Of a stretch of 64,000 nucleotides of DNA, positions 29,390-39,649 are shown piece by piece. How positions within the stretch are numbered: the stretch's first letter is position 1; each line of letters starts with the position of its first letter. Source of the DNA: Bryobacterales bacterium (GTDB taxonomy: Bacteria > Acidobacteriota > Terriglobia > Bryobacterales > UBA6623); the NCBI GenBank assembly GCA_963422375.2, contig OY729428.2, positions 576,001-640,000 of the forward strand, given 5' to 3'. The notes beneath the pieces were generated by a model, which saw only the letters and a list, made by a program, of their open reading frames with translations, was not told the origin of the DNA and did not search any database. Position numbers and translations under genes: made by a program.

Positions 29390-31135
29390 TTGCTGTCGAA
29401 GCTCCGTACGCTCGGCCCCTACCTGCTGCGCTACCGCTGGCGTTACGCGGGCGGCCTGACCGCCCTGCTGCTCCGCGGACTGCTGGCAACGGCCCTGCCG
29501 TACCTGCTGGGGCGCATGATCGACTCCCTGGCCGAGGGCAGCCTCGAGGCCGCCCAGCTGTACGTCGCAGCCCTGCTCGCGGTCGGCGTCGGCAAGGGCG
29601 TAGCCCAGTACGCCATGCGCTGGATGCTGATCACGATCTCCCGCGACATCGAGTACGACCTGCGCAACGACCTGACTGCCCACCTAGTCGAGCTCGACGG
29701 CAGGTTCTACGCGCGGTACCGCACCGGCGACCTCATGGCCAGGGTCACCAACGACCTGGCGCAAGTGCGCTCGCTGCTCGGGCCAGGTCTCATGTACACG
29801 GCGGAGATCGTGGTGATCTTCGTGGCGGTTCTCTCCGTCATGGCATGGACGGACTGGGTGCTGACGCTGCTCGTGTTCGCGCCGATGCCATTCATCTCCG
29901 TCGGCGTCAGCTATTTCGGCCGTCGCGCGCACGAGCAGTTCCTGAAGGTACAGGCGTGCTTTTCCGCGATCAGCACGCGGGTGCAGGAGCACCTGGCCGG
30001 GCTGCGGATGCTGCGGGCCTACGGGCAGTCGCCGCAGGAGGAGAGGCGCTTCGAGCGGGCCAACGCCGAGTACCTAGACACGAGCCTCGGACTCATGCGC
30101 ATCTGGCGCACCTTCTATCCGACGCTGGAATTCCTAGTGGGCGTGACCGGCATCGCCGTGCTCGGCTTCGGCGGATGGCGCGTCCTGCAGGGCCAGATAA
30201 CCGTGGGCACGTTCACGATGTTCCTGTACTTCCTGACCATGCTGACCTGGCCGATGATCGGCATGGGCGTGGTGGTCAACATCACCCAGCGGGGGCTCGC
30301 CTCGCTCGGCCGCCTCAACGAGCTGTTCGCGCAGCGGCCCGAAATCGCCGACGTCCCCCGGGGGCCCTCGCACTCGCGGCGGGTCAGCGGCGGGATCGAA
30401 TGGCGCAACGTCGCGGTCCTGTACCCGTCGGCCGCGACGCCCGCGGTGCGCGGGATCTCGCTGCAAGTCGAAAGGGGGCATTCGCTCGCGCTGATCGGCC
30501 CGGTCGGCAGCGGCAAGTCCACCTTGGCCAACTTGGTCCCGAGGCTGCTCGACCCCGCCGAGGGCGAGGTGCTGGTAGACGGCGTCGATGTCCGCAAGAT
30601 CCCCCTCGAGTCGCTCCGGAGCGGGATCGGGCACGTGCCGCAGGAGACCTTCCTGTTCAGCCGCTCGATCGCCGCGAACATCGGCCTGGGGGCCCCGAAC
30701 GCTAGCTGGGAGGAGATCGAGTCCGCGGCGCGGGAGGCGATGCTGGCGTCGGACGCCGATTACTTCCCGGACGGGCTCGACACCCTGGTCGGGGAGCGAG
30801 GCATCACGCTCTCGGGCGGCCAGAAGCAGCGGGTGGCGATCGCCCGGGCCCTGCTGCCCGATCCGCGCATCGTCATTCTGGACGACGCCACGTCCAGCCT
30901 AGACGCCGAGACTGAGCACGCGCTTCTGCGGCGAATCCACGCCAAGACGCGCTTCAGGACGCTGCTGATCGTCACCCACCGCGTCTCGTCCGCGCGGCTG
31001 GCGGAACGCATCGCGGTGCTCGACCGAGGCCAGGTCGTGGACGCGGGATCGCACGAGGAACTCCTCGCGCGGGGAGGGCTATACGCGCGCATGCACGACC
31101 GCCAGCGGATCGAGGAGGAGCTGTCCCGCCGATGA
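29390..31135 (+). CDS. ABC exporter TMD+NBD (MdlA-like)
   Basis: TM domain, GPVGSGKS, LSGGQKQR, degenerate ILDD Walker B. Confidence 0.9.
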   Translation: MLSKLRTLGPYLLRYRWRYAGGLTALLLRGLLATALPYLLGRMIDSLAEGSLEAAQLYVAALLAVGVGKGVAQYAMRWMLITISRDIEYDLRNDLTAHLVELDGRFYARYRTGDLMARVTNDLAQVRSLLGPGLMYTAEIVVIFVAVLSVMAWTDWVLTLLVFAPMPFISVGVSYFGRRAHEQFLKVQACFSAISTRVQEHLAGLRMLRAYGQSPQEERRFERANAEYLDTSLGLMRIWRTFYPTLEFLVGVTGIAVLGFGGWRVLQGQITVGTFTMFLYFLTMLTWPMIGMGVVVNITQRGLASLGRLNELFAQRPEIADVPRGPSHSRRVSGGIEWRNVAVLYPSAATPAVRGISLQVERGHSLALIGPVGSGKSTLANLVPRLLDPAEGEVLVDGVDVRKIPLESLRSGIGHVPQETFLFSRSIAANIGLGAPNASWEEIESAAREAMLASDADYFPDGLDTLVGERGITLSGGQKQRVAIARALLPDPRIVILDDATSSLDAETEHALLRRIHAKTRFRTLLIVTHRVSSARLAERIAVLDRGQVVDAGSHEELLARGGLYARMHDRQRIEEELSRR

Positions 31136-32979
31136 CGGGCCGCTCCATCGGGCGCGACGTCGCGCGAGAGGACGACTCCCGGGCCGCTGCGTACGACGCC
31201 GCGCTGGTCCGGCGGCTCTGGCGGTACCTGCGGCCATACCGGGGCATGGCCGCGGCCTCGCTCGCCCTGCTCATGCTGAATTCCGCCCTGGGCGCGTGCT
31301 GGCCGCTCCTGACCCAGCTCGCGGTGGACCTGTACCTGAAACCGGATCAGTCCTCACGTCCGCGCCTCGGGGCCTTCCTGCCGGACGACCCCGTCGCGGG
31401 CTTGATCGCCCTAGCCGGGATCTATCTCCTGGTCCTTACGCTGTCGTCGGCGACGCGGGCCGCCCAGATTCACACGATGAACCAGACCGGCCAGAGAGTG
31501 ATGCGCGACATCCGGCGCGAAGTCTTCCAGCATCTGCAGCGGCTCCCGGTGGCGTACTTCGACCGGACTCCGAGCGGTCGGCTGGTGACCCGGGCGACCA
31601 GCGACGTCGACGTGCTGAACGAGTTGTTCACGTCGGGTCTGGTGGCCGTGGCCGGCGACGTGCTCACCTTGGTGTGCGCGTTCGGGGCAATGCTGTACCT
31701 GAGCCCTCGCCTGACGCTGGTCTACCTCGCTGTCGCTCCGCTGGTGATGGCCGTCAGCTTCGTGTTCCGTCGCTTGGCGCGCAAGAGCTTTCGCGACGTG
31801 CGGGCAGCCGTGGCGAAGCTCGCATCCTTCCTGCAGGAGTGCTTCACTGGGATCACCGAAATCCAGCTCTTCACCCACGAGCGCCGGGCGCTGAAAGAAT
31901 TCGACGGGATCAACCAGGAGCACCGGCAAGCGAACTATCGCGCCGTCCGGGCCCACGCGGTGTTCTTCCCGGTCATCGAGTGGCTCAACTACCTAGGCCT
32001 CGCCCTGCTGATCGTCTTCGGAGGTGCGTGGGTCGTTGACGGCAGCGTCTCGCTGGGCGTGCTGCTGGCGTTCCTCCAGTACGGCACGAGGGTCTTCCGC
32101 CCGATCCAGGATCTGGCCGAGAAGTACAACGTCCTGCAATCGGCGATGGCGGGCGCCGAGCGCATCTTCGAACTGCTCGACGCCCAGCCTCCGGATCCGC
32201 CCAGCGCGGACGAGAAGCCCCGCGAGCTGCATGCCCCTAGCATCGAGTTCCGCAACGTATGGTTCTCGTACGAGGGCGAGGACTGGGTGCTCGAGGACGT
32301 TAGCTTCAAGATCGAGCCGGGCGAGTCGCTGGCCGTGGTGGGACATACCGGGGCCGGCAAGAGCACCCTTGTCAACCTGCTCCTGCGTTTCTACGAGATC
32401 GACCGCGGCCTGATCCTAGTAGGGGGCTCGGACGTCCGGGAGTGGACTCGGGAGGCTCTGCGGGAGCAATTCAGCGTGGTGCTGCAGGACCCGTGCCTGT
32501 TCACCGGGACGATCGGGGAGAACATCGGGCTCGGCGACGAGAGCGTGCCGGACGAGACGATCCGCGACGCGGCCGCGAACGCCCACCTTGCGAGCCATAT
32601 CGATTCCCTCCCGCGCAAGTACGACGAGCCGGTGCTGGAGCGCGGAACGGGTCTGTCCTCCGGCCAGAAGCAGCTAGTCGCGTTCGCGCGGGCACTGGCC
32701 CGAGAGCGGCCGTTCCTCGTCCTCGACGAAGCCACGTCGAGCGTGGACCCCGACACCGAGCGAGACATCCGCGACACGCTCGCCACGCTGCTCGTCGGCA
32801 GGACGTCGATCGTGATCGCGCACCGGCTCTCGACGATCCGGCGGGCAACGCGCATCCTCGTGCTGCACAGGGGCCGGGTGGCGGAAGTGGGCACGCATTC
32901 GGAGTTGGTGGCCACGGACGGGATCTACTCCCGGCTGCATGCCCTGCAGGCCCTGGCCGACCCTGCTCCGGTGAGGTAG
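31132..32979 (+). CDS. ABC exporter TMD+NBD (MdlB-like), heterodimer partner
   Basis: ATGA overlap, GHTGAGKS, LSSGQKQL, LDEAT, AHRLST. Confidence 0.9.
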   Translation: MTGRSIGRDVAREDDSRAAAYDAALVRRLWRYLRPYRGMAAASLALLMLNSALGACWPLLTQLAVDLYLKPDQSSRPRLGAFLPDDPVAGLIALAGIYLLVLTLSSATRAAQIHTMNQTGQRVMRDIRREVFQHLQRLPVAYFDRTPSGRLVTRATSDVDVLNELFTSGLVAVAGDVLTLVCAFGAMLYLSPRLTLVYLAVAPLVMAVSFVFRRLARKSFRDVRAAVAKLASFLQECFTGITEIQLFTHERRALKEFDGINQEHRQANYRAVRAHAVFFPVIEWLNYLGLALLIVFGGAWVVDGSVSLGVLLAFLQYGTRVFRPIQDLAEKYNVLQSAMAGAERIFELLDAQPPDPPSADEKPRELHAPSIEFRNVWFSYEGEDWVLEDVSFKIEPGESLAVVGHTGAGKSTLVNLLLRFYEIDRGLILVGGSDVREWTREALREQFSVVLQDPCLFTGTIGENIGLGDESVPDETIRDAAANAHLASHIDSLPRKYDEPVLERGTGLSSGQKQLVAFARALARERPFLVLDEATSSVDPDTERDIRDTLATLLVGRTSIVIAHRLSTIRRATRILVLHRGRVAEVGTHSELVATDGIYSRLHALQALADPAPVR

Positions 32980-33059
32980 CCCGCCGCCGCTCGGAGATCC
33001 CTGGCCGGACGGGAGCGGCAGCCCCTATCCGATAATGGAGCGGTCCGGGCCGGACGCCG

Positions 33060-33821
33060 ATGAAATCCGCGCTCGTCATACCAGCCCTCAACGAGGAGGC
33101 GGCGATCGGAACCGTGCTGGACCGAGTCCCGCGGGACCTGTTCGACACCGTGGTCGTCGCCGACAACGGCTCGACCGACGCGACGGCGCGGGAAGCCTCG
33201 GCCCGCGGCGCCTTGGTGGCGTTCGAACCGCGACGCGGATACGGCAGCGCCTGCCTGCGTGCGCTGGCCGCGCTGCCCGCCGACATCGAGGCTGTCGCGT
33301 TCATGGACGGCGACGGCAGCGACGACCCGCGCGAGGCCGGGCGGCTGCTGCGGCCGATCCTCGAGGGGAGCGCCGACCTAGTGCTGGGCTCGCGGGTCCT
33401 GGGCGAGGCCCGTGCGGGCGCGATGCCGGCGCACCAGAGGTTCGGCAATTGGCTGGCGACCAGCCTCCTGGGCATGACGCTAGGGCACCGTTACACTGAC
33501 CTCGGCCCATTCCGGGCGATTCGGACCGAGAGCCTGCAACGCCTCCGAATGTCTGACCGGGACTTCGGCTGGACCGTCGAGATGCAGATCGCTGCGCTGC
33601 GGGAAGGGCTGCGGATCGTCGAGGTGCCGGTGTCGAGAGGAGCCCGGATCGGGGGACGCAGCAAGGTCAGCGGGACCTTGCAGGGGAGCCTAGGGGCGGC
33701 CTGCAAGATTCTAGGGGCGATCTTCCGGGGCTTGGCCAGCGAAGCGCGAGGGCAGCCTGAACCGTCGTCTGCTGCGCGGAATGGACAATCGATCATCAAG
33801 AAGAGTCGGAGCCTCGCGTGA
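33060..33821 (+). CDS. glycosyltransferase family 2 (DPM-synthase-like)
   Basis: IPALNEE, ADNGSTD, GYGSAC, MDGDGSD, TDLGPFRAI. Confidence 0.9.
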   Translation: MKSALVIPALNEEAAIGTVLDRVPRDLFDTVVVADNGSTDATAREASARGALVAFEPRRGYGSACLRALAALPADIEAVAFMDGDGSDDPREAGRLLRPILEGSADLVLGSRVLGEARAGAMPAHQRFGNWLATSLLGMTLGHRYTDLGPFRAIRTESLQRLRMSDRDFGWTVEMQIAALREGLRIVEVPVSRGARIGGRSKVSGTLQGSLGAACKILGAIFRGLASEARGQPEPSSAARNGQSIIKKSRSLA

Positions 33822-34804
33822 GCTTCTGCCGGCTATCGGGGCCATGGGCACACGCTGAGATTCCAAGGCTCGCTAGGGGATCGCCGTGACGTGGGGCTGC
33901 GGGCGCGAGGCGCGTGCCTGTGCGAGGTGTCCGCGCGATGCGCGGATGTCATTCCGACATGGAGGGTGCCGACCAACGAGCCTCCGATGAGAGCGCACGG
34001 GAGGGGCATTCGCGAGCGAAGGGCAGGAATCTCCGGGAATGACGAATTCGATGCCACCGAATCCCGGAAGCCGCTTCGGGCCGAGGTGATTTCGGCAGCT
34101 GTGTTTCCCTATGGGGCGCTGCGCCATCGGCGTGTCGGCCGCGAGCCGATACAGCGCCAGGACCGCCCATTCAAGGCATCGGACGCATCGGCTCAATGCT
34201 CTAGGGACAGATTCGGAATTCTATCGTACGTCCGTTGGCCCTAGGGAGATGCTGCCTGTCCGGGGGGCTACGAGACAACGCCCCAGCCCGGATGATGCGC
34301 GAGTGAACCGCGCACCCGAAGGCACGCTCGGGCTCAACGCGTTACTAGGATTCAGTTTGAACCATCGCCTGAGTGCAAACCACGTGCGGGCGGTCACTGC
34401 GACGGGCCCGTTGCCATCTCGCAGCTGCCGCAGCCACACCGCGGGAGCGTGCGCCTGTGCAGACATCGGTCCCTCCCGGGATGATGCACGTCCACGCACG
34501 GACAACCCGGACTTGCAATGTGATATGCTATGGTGCTGATGTGCTGAATCCAAACGGCGACCATCTCAATCTACAGCGACACCTCGCCTTGGCGTACAGA
34601 ATTAGAGAGGAATCAAGGTAGACATGGGACAAAACATGCACGAAGAAGAACTCTGAAGTTGGAAGCAATCAATTCCGTCACAGCACGTCCACGCTACGAT
34701 TCATATCTAGATTGTGAGTGGGCGTCATGTTTCGGGATTCACACTCGCTCATCCTTCCTTGATTCCATGGATCTTCGATACGAGACTCAAGGCCTCATGG
34801 GAGA

Positions 34805-35389
34805 TTGAAATGGCCGAATTGTGTCCTGTTTCTGTTCTTTCCAACATTGTGCCGAGCATCTTATAGAAAAGGATCGACGATTGATGGAATATTCTATTCC
34901 AACTCTTTCGATTTCTATCCTTGGATGCAAGAGAGACAAATGATGAGGATGGCTTCTTCTGCACTTCTATCTATACAAGACTTGGAGTCATTCCATGGTC
35001 AGTGTTCACCAGAGGTTCCATTCTCAACCATCGATGAGAGGGATGATGTGTGTAAATTGCTTGAGAAAGTCAGTATCAATGGTAGTTTGGGTAACGACCA
35101 GAGCGGAGATTTTCGCAGATTATATAAGCAGATATATATACTGAGAAACCAATTTCTCCATGGGAATAAGATCGCCGATGATGCGTTGTCATTCAATGGA
35201 ATGAATATACTGAACAGTGTGGCACAGATCTATCGTATTGCATTGGATGGCCATCTCGGAATCCATTAGGATCTTGAGGCATCATGTATGCCTATGACTC
35301 ACGGTTCTAAGAATTTATACAAGGAAGTGTATTTCAGTTATCTCAACTCTGTTTCCGCACTGGAGTGTGTGATAAATTCTCTATTCTAG
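34805..35389 (+). pseudogene. AT-rich HEPN-motif protein relic
   Basis: FYSNSFDFYPWM and YILRNQFLHGN (RxxxxH); internal TAG at 35267, no clean start. Confidence 0.55.
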
Positions 35390-35800
35390 GAAGATAATTG
35401 AAGCCAGTTCTCAGATGTATAGCGACAATAATTCCATTACTGATGAAGTATCCTATCCTAAACATGATTGGACCAAATCATCTTACGGGTTTGCAACCAT
35501 GAAGGGATGCGGTTATAGGATTACGACAGAGTCGGAGCGTCGCATGAGCGGCGACTCATCCAAGGCGGAATCGCCGGTCGGCGCACTCGTTGGCCTAGGT
35601 TCGACTCCCTCCGTCGCCTTGTCCGGTGCCCCGGCGGTGACACTCGTGGGGCATGTCCTCGGGAGGCGGGCGGCTCGCGAGCTGCCAGCCGGCAGCGACG
35701 GCACCTCCCATCAGTGAGGAGTTTGGATCAACCCGGTGCCATGGGCCGCGAGTCCACGTTATGCGCCCGGCACGGATGATTGGTACTGTGTAGATAACTC

Positions 35801-37666
35801 ATGCAACGAATATTGGACAAACTGATGTGCCGCCACCATTCCATACTGACCAGCCCCATTTGGGCGTTTGCCTTCGCCTGGCTGCTCGCTACTCCGGGCG
35901 CAACACCGGGTGCCGTTGAAGTCGCCCCCGACCGGCCCGTCCGCTGGCAGCCCGTCACGCTGACTTTCGACGGGCCGCACTCCGCCGAGAGCGGGACTCC
36001 GAATCCGTTCCTAGACTACCGCATGGCCGTGTCGTTCTCGCACCGGCAGTCGGGCGAATCGCGCTCGGTGCAGGGATTCTACGCGGCCGACGGCAACGCC
36101 GCTGAGACCTCGGCAGATTCCGGGAACAAGTGGCGGGCCCGGTTCACGCCCCCGCTCGCAGGCACCTGGGTGTGGCGGGCCGAGTTCCGCTCCGGTCAGG
36201 GGATCGCTCTGAGCGAGGCCGCCGGGCAGCGCGAGGCGTTCGACGGGGAATCCGGGACGCTGACGGTCGGCCCCTCGCCCGAGGGCGCCCCGGGCTTCGC
36301 GTCCAAGGGCTTCCTGACACCGTCCGGCGGGCACTACCTGCAGTTCTCCAACGGGGAGCACTTCCTCAAGGGCGGCGCCGACTCCCCCGAGAACTTCCTA
36401 GGCTATTTCGAGTTCGACGGCACCGCGGACACCGCCGCCCACGGCGGCGTCTCGACAGACACGGGCTCGTTTCTGCATCGTTACGAGCCGCACGCGGGGG
36501 ACTGGAAGGCCGGTGACCCGACTTGGCAGGGCGGCAAGGGCAAGAACATCGTCGGAGCCCTGAACTACCTCGCGTCCAAGGGCATGAACAGCGTCTACTT
36601 CATGACCTACAACATCGACGGCGGAGACGGCAAGGACACGTGGGTGTGGACCGGTCCGAGCGTCCGGGACCGCTTCGATGTCTCGAAGCTCGCCCAGTGG
36701 GACATCGTGTTCTCCCACATGGAGCGGCTCGGCATCGCGATGCACCTAGTGATCCAAGAGACCGAGAACGACGAGAACCTAGGCGGCGGGCCCGATCTCA
36801 ACGATGTCCGCAAGCTCTACCTCCGGGAGCTCGCGGCGAGGTTCGGGCACCATCTGGCCATCGTATGGAACCTAGGGGAGGAGAACGACACCCCCCATGC
36901 CGATCGCTTGGCCATCGCCGACTACATTCGGCAGGTCGCCCCGAACCGCCACGCCATCACGGTCCACACGCACAATACGCGGAGCCTGCGCAGCTACACC
37001 GGCCTGATCGGGTCTTCGCTGTTCTCCGCAACGTCAATCCAAGGCCGCATGGAAGACAGCAACCGCGAGGCAGTCATGCTGCGCATGCGCTCCGCGGCCT
37101 CCGGAGCGCCCTGGGCCATCTTCCACGACGAGCAGACGCCGGCGTCGGCGGGAGTGATGCCTGACGCGGACGACCCGCAGCACGACAAGCCCCGCAAGCA
37201 GGCGCTCTGGGGCAACCTCATGGGAGGAGGCTCGGGGGTGGAATGGTACTTCGGGTACCAGTACGACCACATGGACCTGAATTGCGAGGACTGGCGCTCT
37301 CGCGACACGATGTGGGACCAGACGCGCTACGCGCTCGAGTTCTTCCAAGAGCACCTGCCCTTCTGGGAGATGTGGCCCGCCAACGACCTGGCGAGCGACC
37401 GCGACGCCTACGTCTTCGCCAAAGAGGGGGAGATCTACGCGGTGTACATTCCGGAAGCTAACAGGACCACTGTCACGCTCGCGCCGGGGGAATACAGCCT
37501 GCGGTGGTACGATCCCCGCAACGGCGGCGCACTCCAAGAAGGCCGCGAGGGAACTGTCGCGGCCGGTCAGATGCTCATGCGGAACGACGGCACCGTGCAG
37601 GTCGCTCCGCCGAGCCATCCCGGCCAGGACTGGGTAGCGCTGTTCCGGCGCACCGGTCCTCGCTGA
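35801..37666 (+). CDS. DUF5060-domain putative glycoside hydrolase (TIM barrel plus collagen-binding-like C-domain)
   Basis: NPFLDY, GFYAADG, WRARFTP, QETEND, WNLGEEN, WYDPRNGG; signal peptide. Confidence 0.8.
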   Translation: MQRILDKLMCRHHSILTSPIWAFAFAWLLATPGATPGAVEVAPDRPVRWQPVTLTFDGPHSAESGTPNPFLDYRMAVSFSHRQSGESRSVQGFYAADGNAAETSADSGNKWRARFTPPLAGTWVWRAEFRSGQGIALSEAAGQREAFDGESGTLTVGPSPEGAPGFASKGFLTPSGGHYLQFSNGEHFLKGGADSPENFLGYFEFDGTADTAAHGGVSTDTGSFLHRYEPHAGDWKAGDPTWQGGKGKNIVGALNYLASKGMNSVYFMTYNIDGGDGKDTWVWTGPSVRDRFDVSKLAQWDIVFSHMERLGIAMHLVIQETENDENLGGGPDLNDVRKLYLRELAARFGHHLAIVWNLGEENDTPHADRLAIADYIRQVAPNRHAITVHTHNTRSLRSYTGLIGSSLFSATSIQGRMEDSNREAVMLRMRSAASGAPWAIFHDEQTPASAGVMPDADDPQHDKPRKQALWGNLMGGGSGVEWYFGYQYDHMDLNCEDWRSRDTMWDQTRYALEFFQEHLPFWEMWPANDLASDRDAYVFAKEGEIYAVYIPEANRTTVTLAPGEYSLRWYDPRNGGALQEGREGTVAAGQMLMRNDGTVQVAPPSHPGQDWVALFRRTGPR

Positions 37667-37738
37667 TAGGGCGGTCGGATGGCAATACGATAGGCTTGTC
37701 AGGCCGTCCGGGCGCTCGGACGGGGGCGGACACGAAAG

Positions 37739-39592
37739 ATGACCCGGCGCTTGACGATGGCGCAAGCCACGATCGAATTTCTCAAGAACCAGTACGTAGA
37801 GCGGGACGGCACGATCCGGCGCTTCTTCGGAGGCTGCTTCGGCATCTTCGGGCACGGCAACGTGGCGGGCCTCGGCCAGGCCCTGCACCAAGACCGATCC
37901 TTCCCGTACTTCCTCTGCCGCAACGAGCAGGCGATGGTGCATACAGCGACGGGCTACGCCAAGGTGTCGAACAGGCTACGGGCGCTAGCCTGCACGACCT
38001 CGATCGGCCCCGGCGCAACCAACATGGTGACGGGCGCGGCCGCCGCGACCATCAACCGCCTGCCCGTGCTGCTCCTGCCGGGCGACATCTTCGCGAGGCG
38101 GAACGTGGCGCCCGTGCTGCAGCAACTCGAGTCGCCGCAGACCCAAGACGTCTCCGTCAACGACTGCTTCAGGGCGGTCTCCAAGTACTGGGACCGGATC
38201 CAGCGGCCGGAGCAGATCGTGACGGCCCTGCCGGAAGCGATGCGCGTGCTGACCTCGCCCGCCGAGACCGGTGCCGTGACGCTAGGAATGCCGCAGGACG
38301 TCCAAGCGGAAGCGCACGACTACCCGGCCGCGCTGTTCGAGCGAAGGGTCTGGCCGATCCAGAGGCAACGCGGCGACACGCGCGCGGTCGAGCTCGCGGC
38401 CACTTGGATCCGCGCCGCCAAGGCGCCCTTGATCATCGCGGGCGGCGGCGTCCTGTACAGCGAGGCCTGCCGGACACTGGCCGACTTCGCCGCCGCGACC
38501 GGCATCCCCGTCGCGGAAACGCAGTCGGGCAAGGGAGCCCTGCGCTACGACCACCCCCTGTCCCTCGGCGCGATGGGCGTCAGCGGCACGCCGGGCGCGA
38601 ACGTCCTCGGGCGCGAGGCGGATCTCGTCATCGGCATCGGCACTCGCTACAGCGACTTCACGAGCGCCTCGAAGACGGCGTTCCAAAATCCGGACGTGCG
38701 CTTCCTGAACATCAACGTCGCCGAGTTCGACGCGTTCAAGCACGCGGCCCTGCCGCTCGTGGCCGACGCCAAGTCGGCGCTCGAGGAGCTGGCCATCCTC
38801 GTCTCCGACTACCGCGTTCCGGACGAGCATGCGCGGAGCGTGCGCGAGTTCCGGGACATTTGGGAGCGGGAGGTCGACCGGATCTACGGGCTGGGCCACG
38901 GGCCGCCGATCAGCCAAGGAGAGGTGATTGGGACAGTGAACGCGGTCGCCGGCGACCGCGACGTGGTGGTCTGCGCCGCCGGCAGCATGCCGGGCGATAT
39001 GCACAAGCTCTGGCGGACGAAGAGCCCCAACTCGTATCACATGGAATACGGCTACTCGACCATGGGATACGAGATCGCCGCGGGCCTCGGCATCAAGATG
39101 GCCGAGCCGGACAGGGAGGTCTACGTTCTGGTCGGCGACGGATCGTACCTGATGATGGCTCAGGAGATCGCCACCTCGGTCCAGGAGGGCGCGAAACTGA
39201 ACATCGTGGTCGTCGACAACCACGGATTCGCCAGCATCGGCAGCCTGAGCGAGGCGTGCGGGAACGAAGGATTCGGCACGCGCTACCGCTGCCGCGCGAA
39301 CGGCCAGCTGAGCGGCCCGCCGGTCGGAGTGGACTTCGTCGAGAACGCCCGTAGCCTCGGAGCCGAGGCCTGCCGGGCCGCCAGCCGCGACCAGCTCGCG
39401 AAGGCGCTGGGCGCGATGGGCGAATGCGACCGGACGAGCGTAGTCGTAGTGGAGACTGACCGGAATGAGATGGTGCCGGGATACGAGTCCTGGTGGGACG
39501 TCCCGATTGCGGAGGTGTCCGACGTGCCCGCCGTGGAATCGGCGCGCGAGGCCTGGCTCGAGGGCCGAGCCAAGGAGCGCGACTACCTCTAG
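37739..39592 (+). CDS. iolD: 3D-(3,5/4)-trihydroxycyclohexane-1,2-dione acylhydrolase
   Basis: LTMAQA, GIFGHGNVAG, RNEQAMVH, YHMEYGYSTMGYE, VGDGSYLM, SWWDVP. Confidence 0.95.
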   Translation: MTRRLTMAQATIEFLKNQYVERDGTIRRFFGGCFGIFGHGNVAGLGQALHQDRSFPYFLCRNEQAMVHTATGYAKVSNRLRALACTTSIGPGATNMVTGAAAATINRLPVLLLPGDIFARRNVAPVLQQLESPQTQDVSVNDCFRAVSKYWDRIQRPEQIVTALPEAMRVLTSPAETGAVTLGMPQDVQAEAHDYPAALFERRVWPIQRQRGDTRAVELAATWIRAAKAPLIIAGGGVLYSEACRTLADFAAATGIPVAETQSGKGALRYDHPLSLGAMGVSGTPGANVLGREADLVIGIGTRYSDFTSASKTAFQNPDVRFLNINVAEFDAFKHAALPLVADAKSALEELAILVSDYRVPDEHARSVREFRDIWEREVDRIYGLGHGPPISQGEVIGTVNAVAGDRDVVVCAAGSMPGDMHKLWRTKSPNSYHMEYGYSTMGYEIAAGLGIKMAEPDREVYVLVGDGSYLMMAQEIATSVQEGAKLNIVVVDNHGFASIGSLSEACGNEGFGTRYRCRANGQLSGPPVGVDFVENARSLGAEACRAASRDQLAKALGAMGECDRTSVVVVETDRNEMVPGYESWWDVPIAEVSDVPAVESAREAWLEGRAKERDYL

Positions 39593-39649
39593 CCTCGAGC
39601 CGGCGGTTCGGAGGCACCGAACCGCGCGGAGGCGCCCGACGGACTCGAT

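Noticed and set aside
33945..34045. REP-like GTCATTCCG..GGAATCTCCGGGAATGACG
   Set aside because: Single degenerate copy; no second instance or REP-associated transposase seen.
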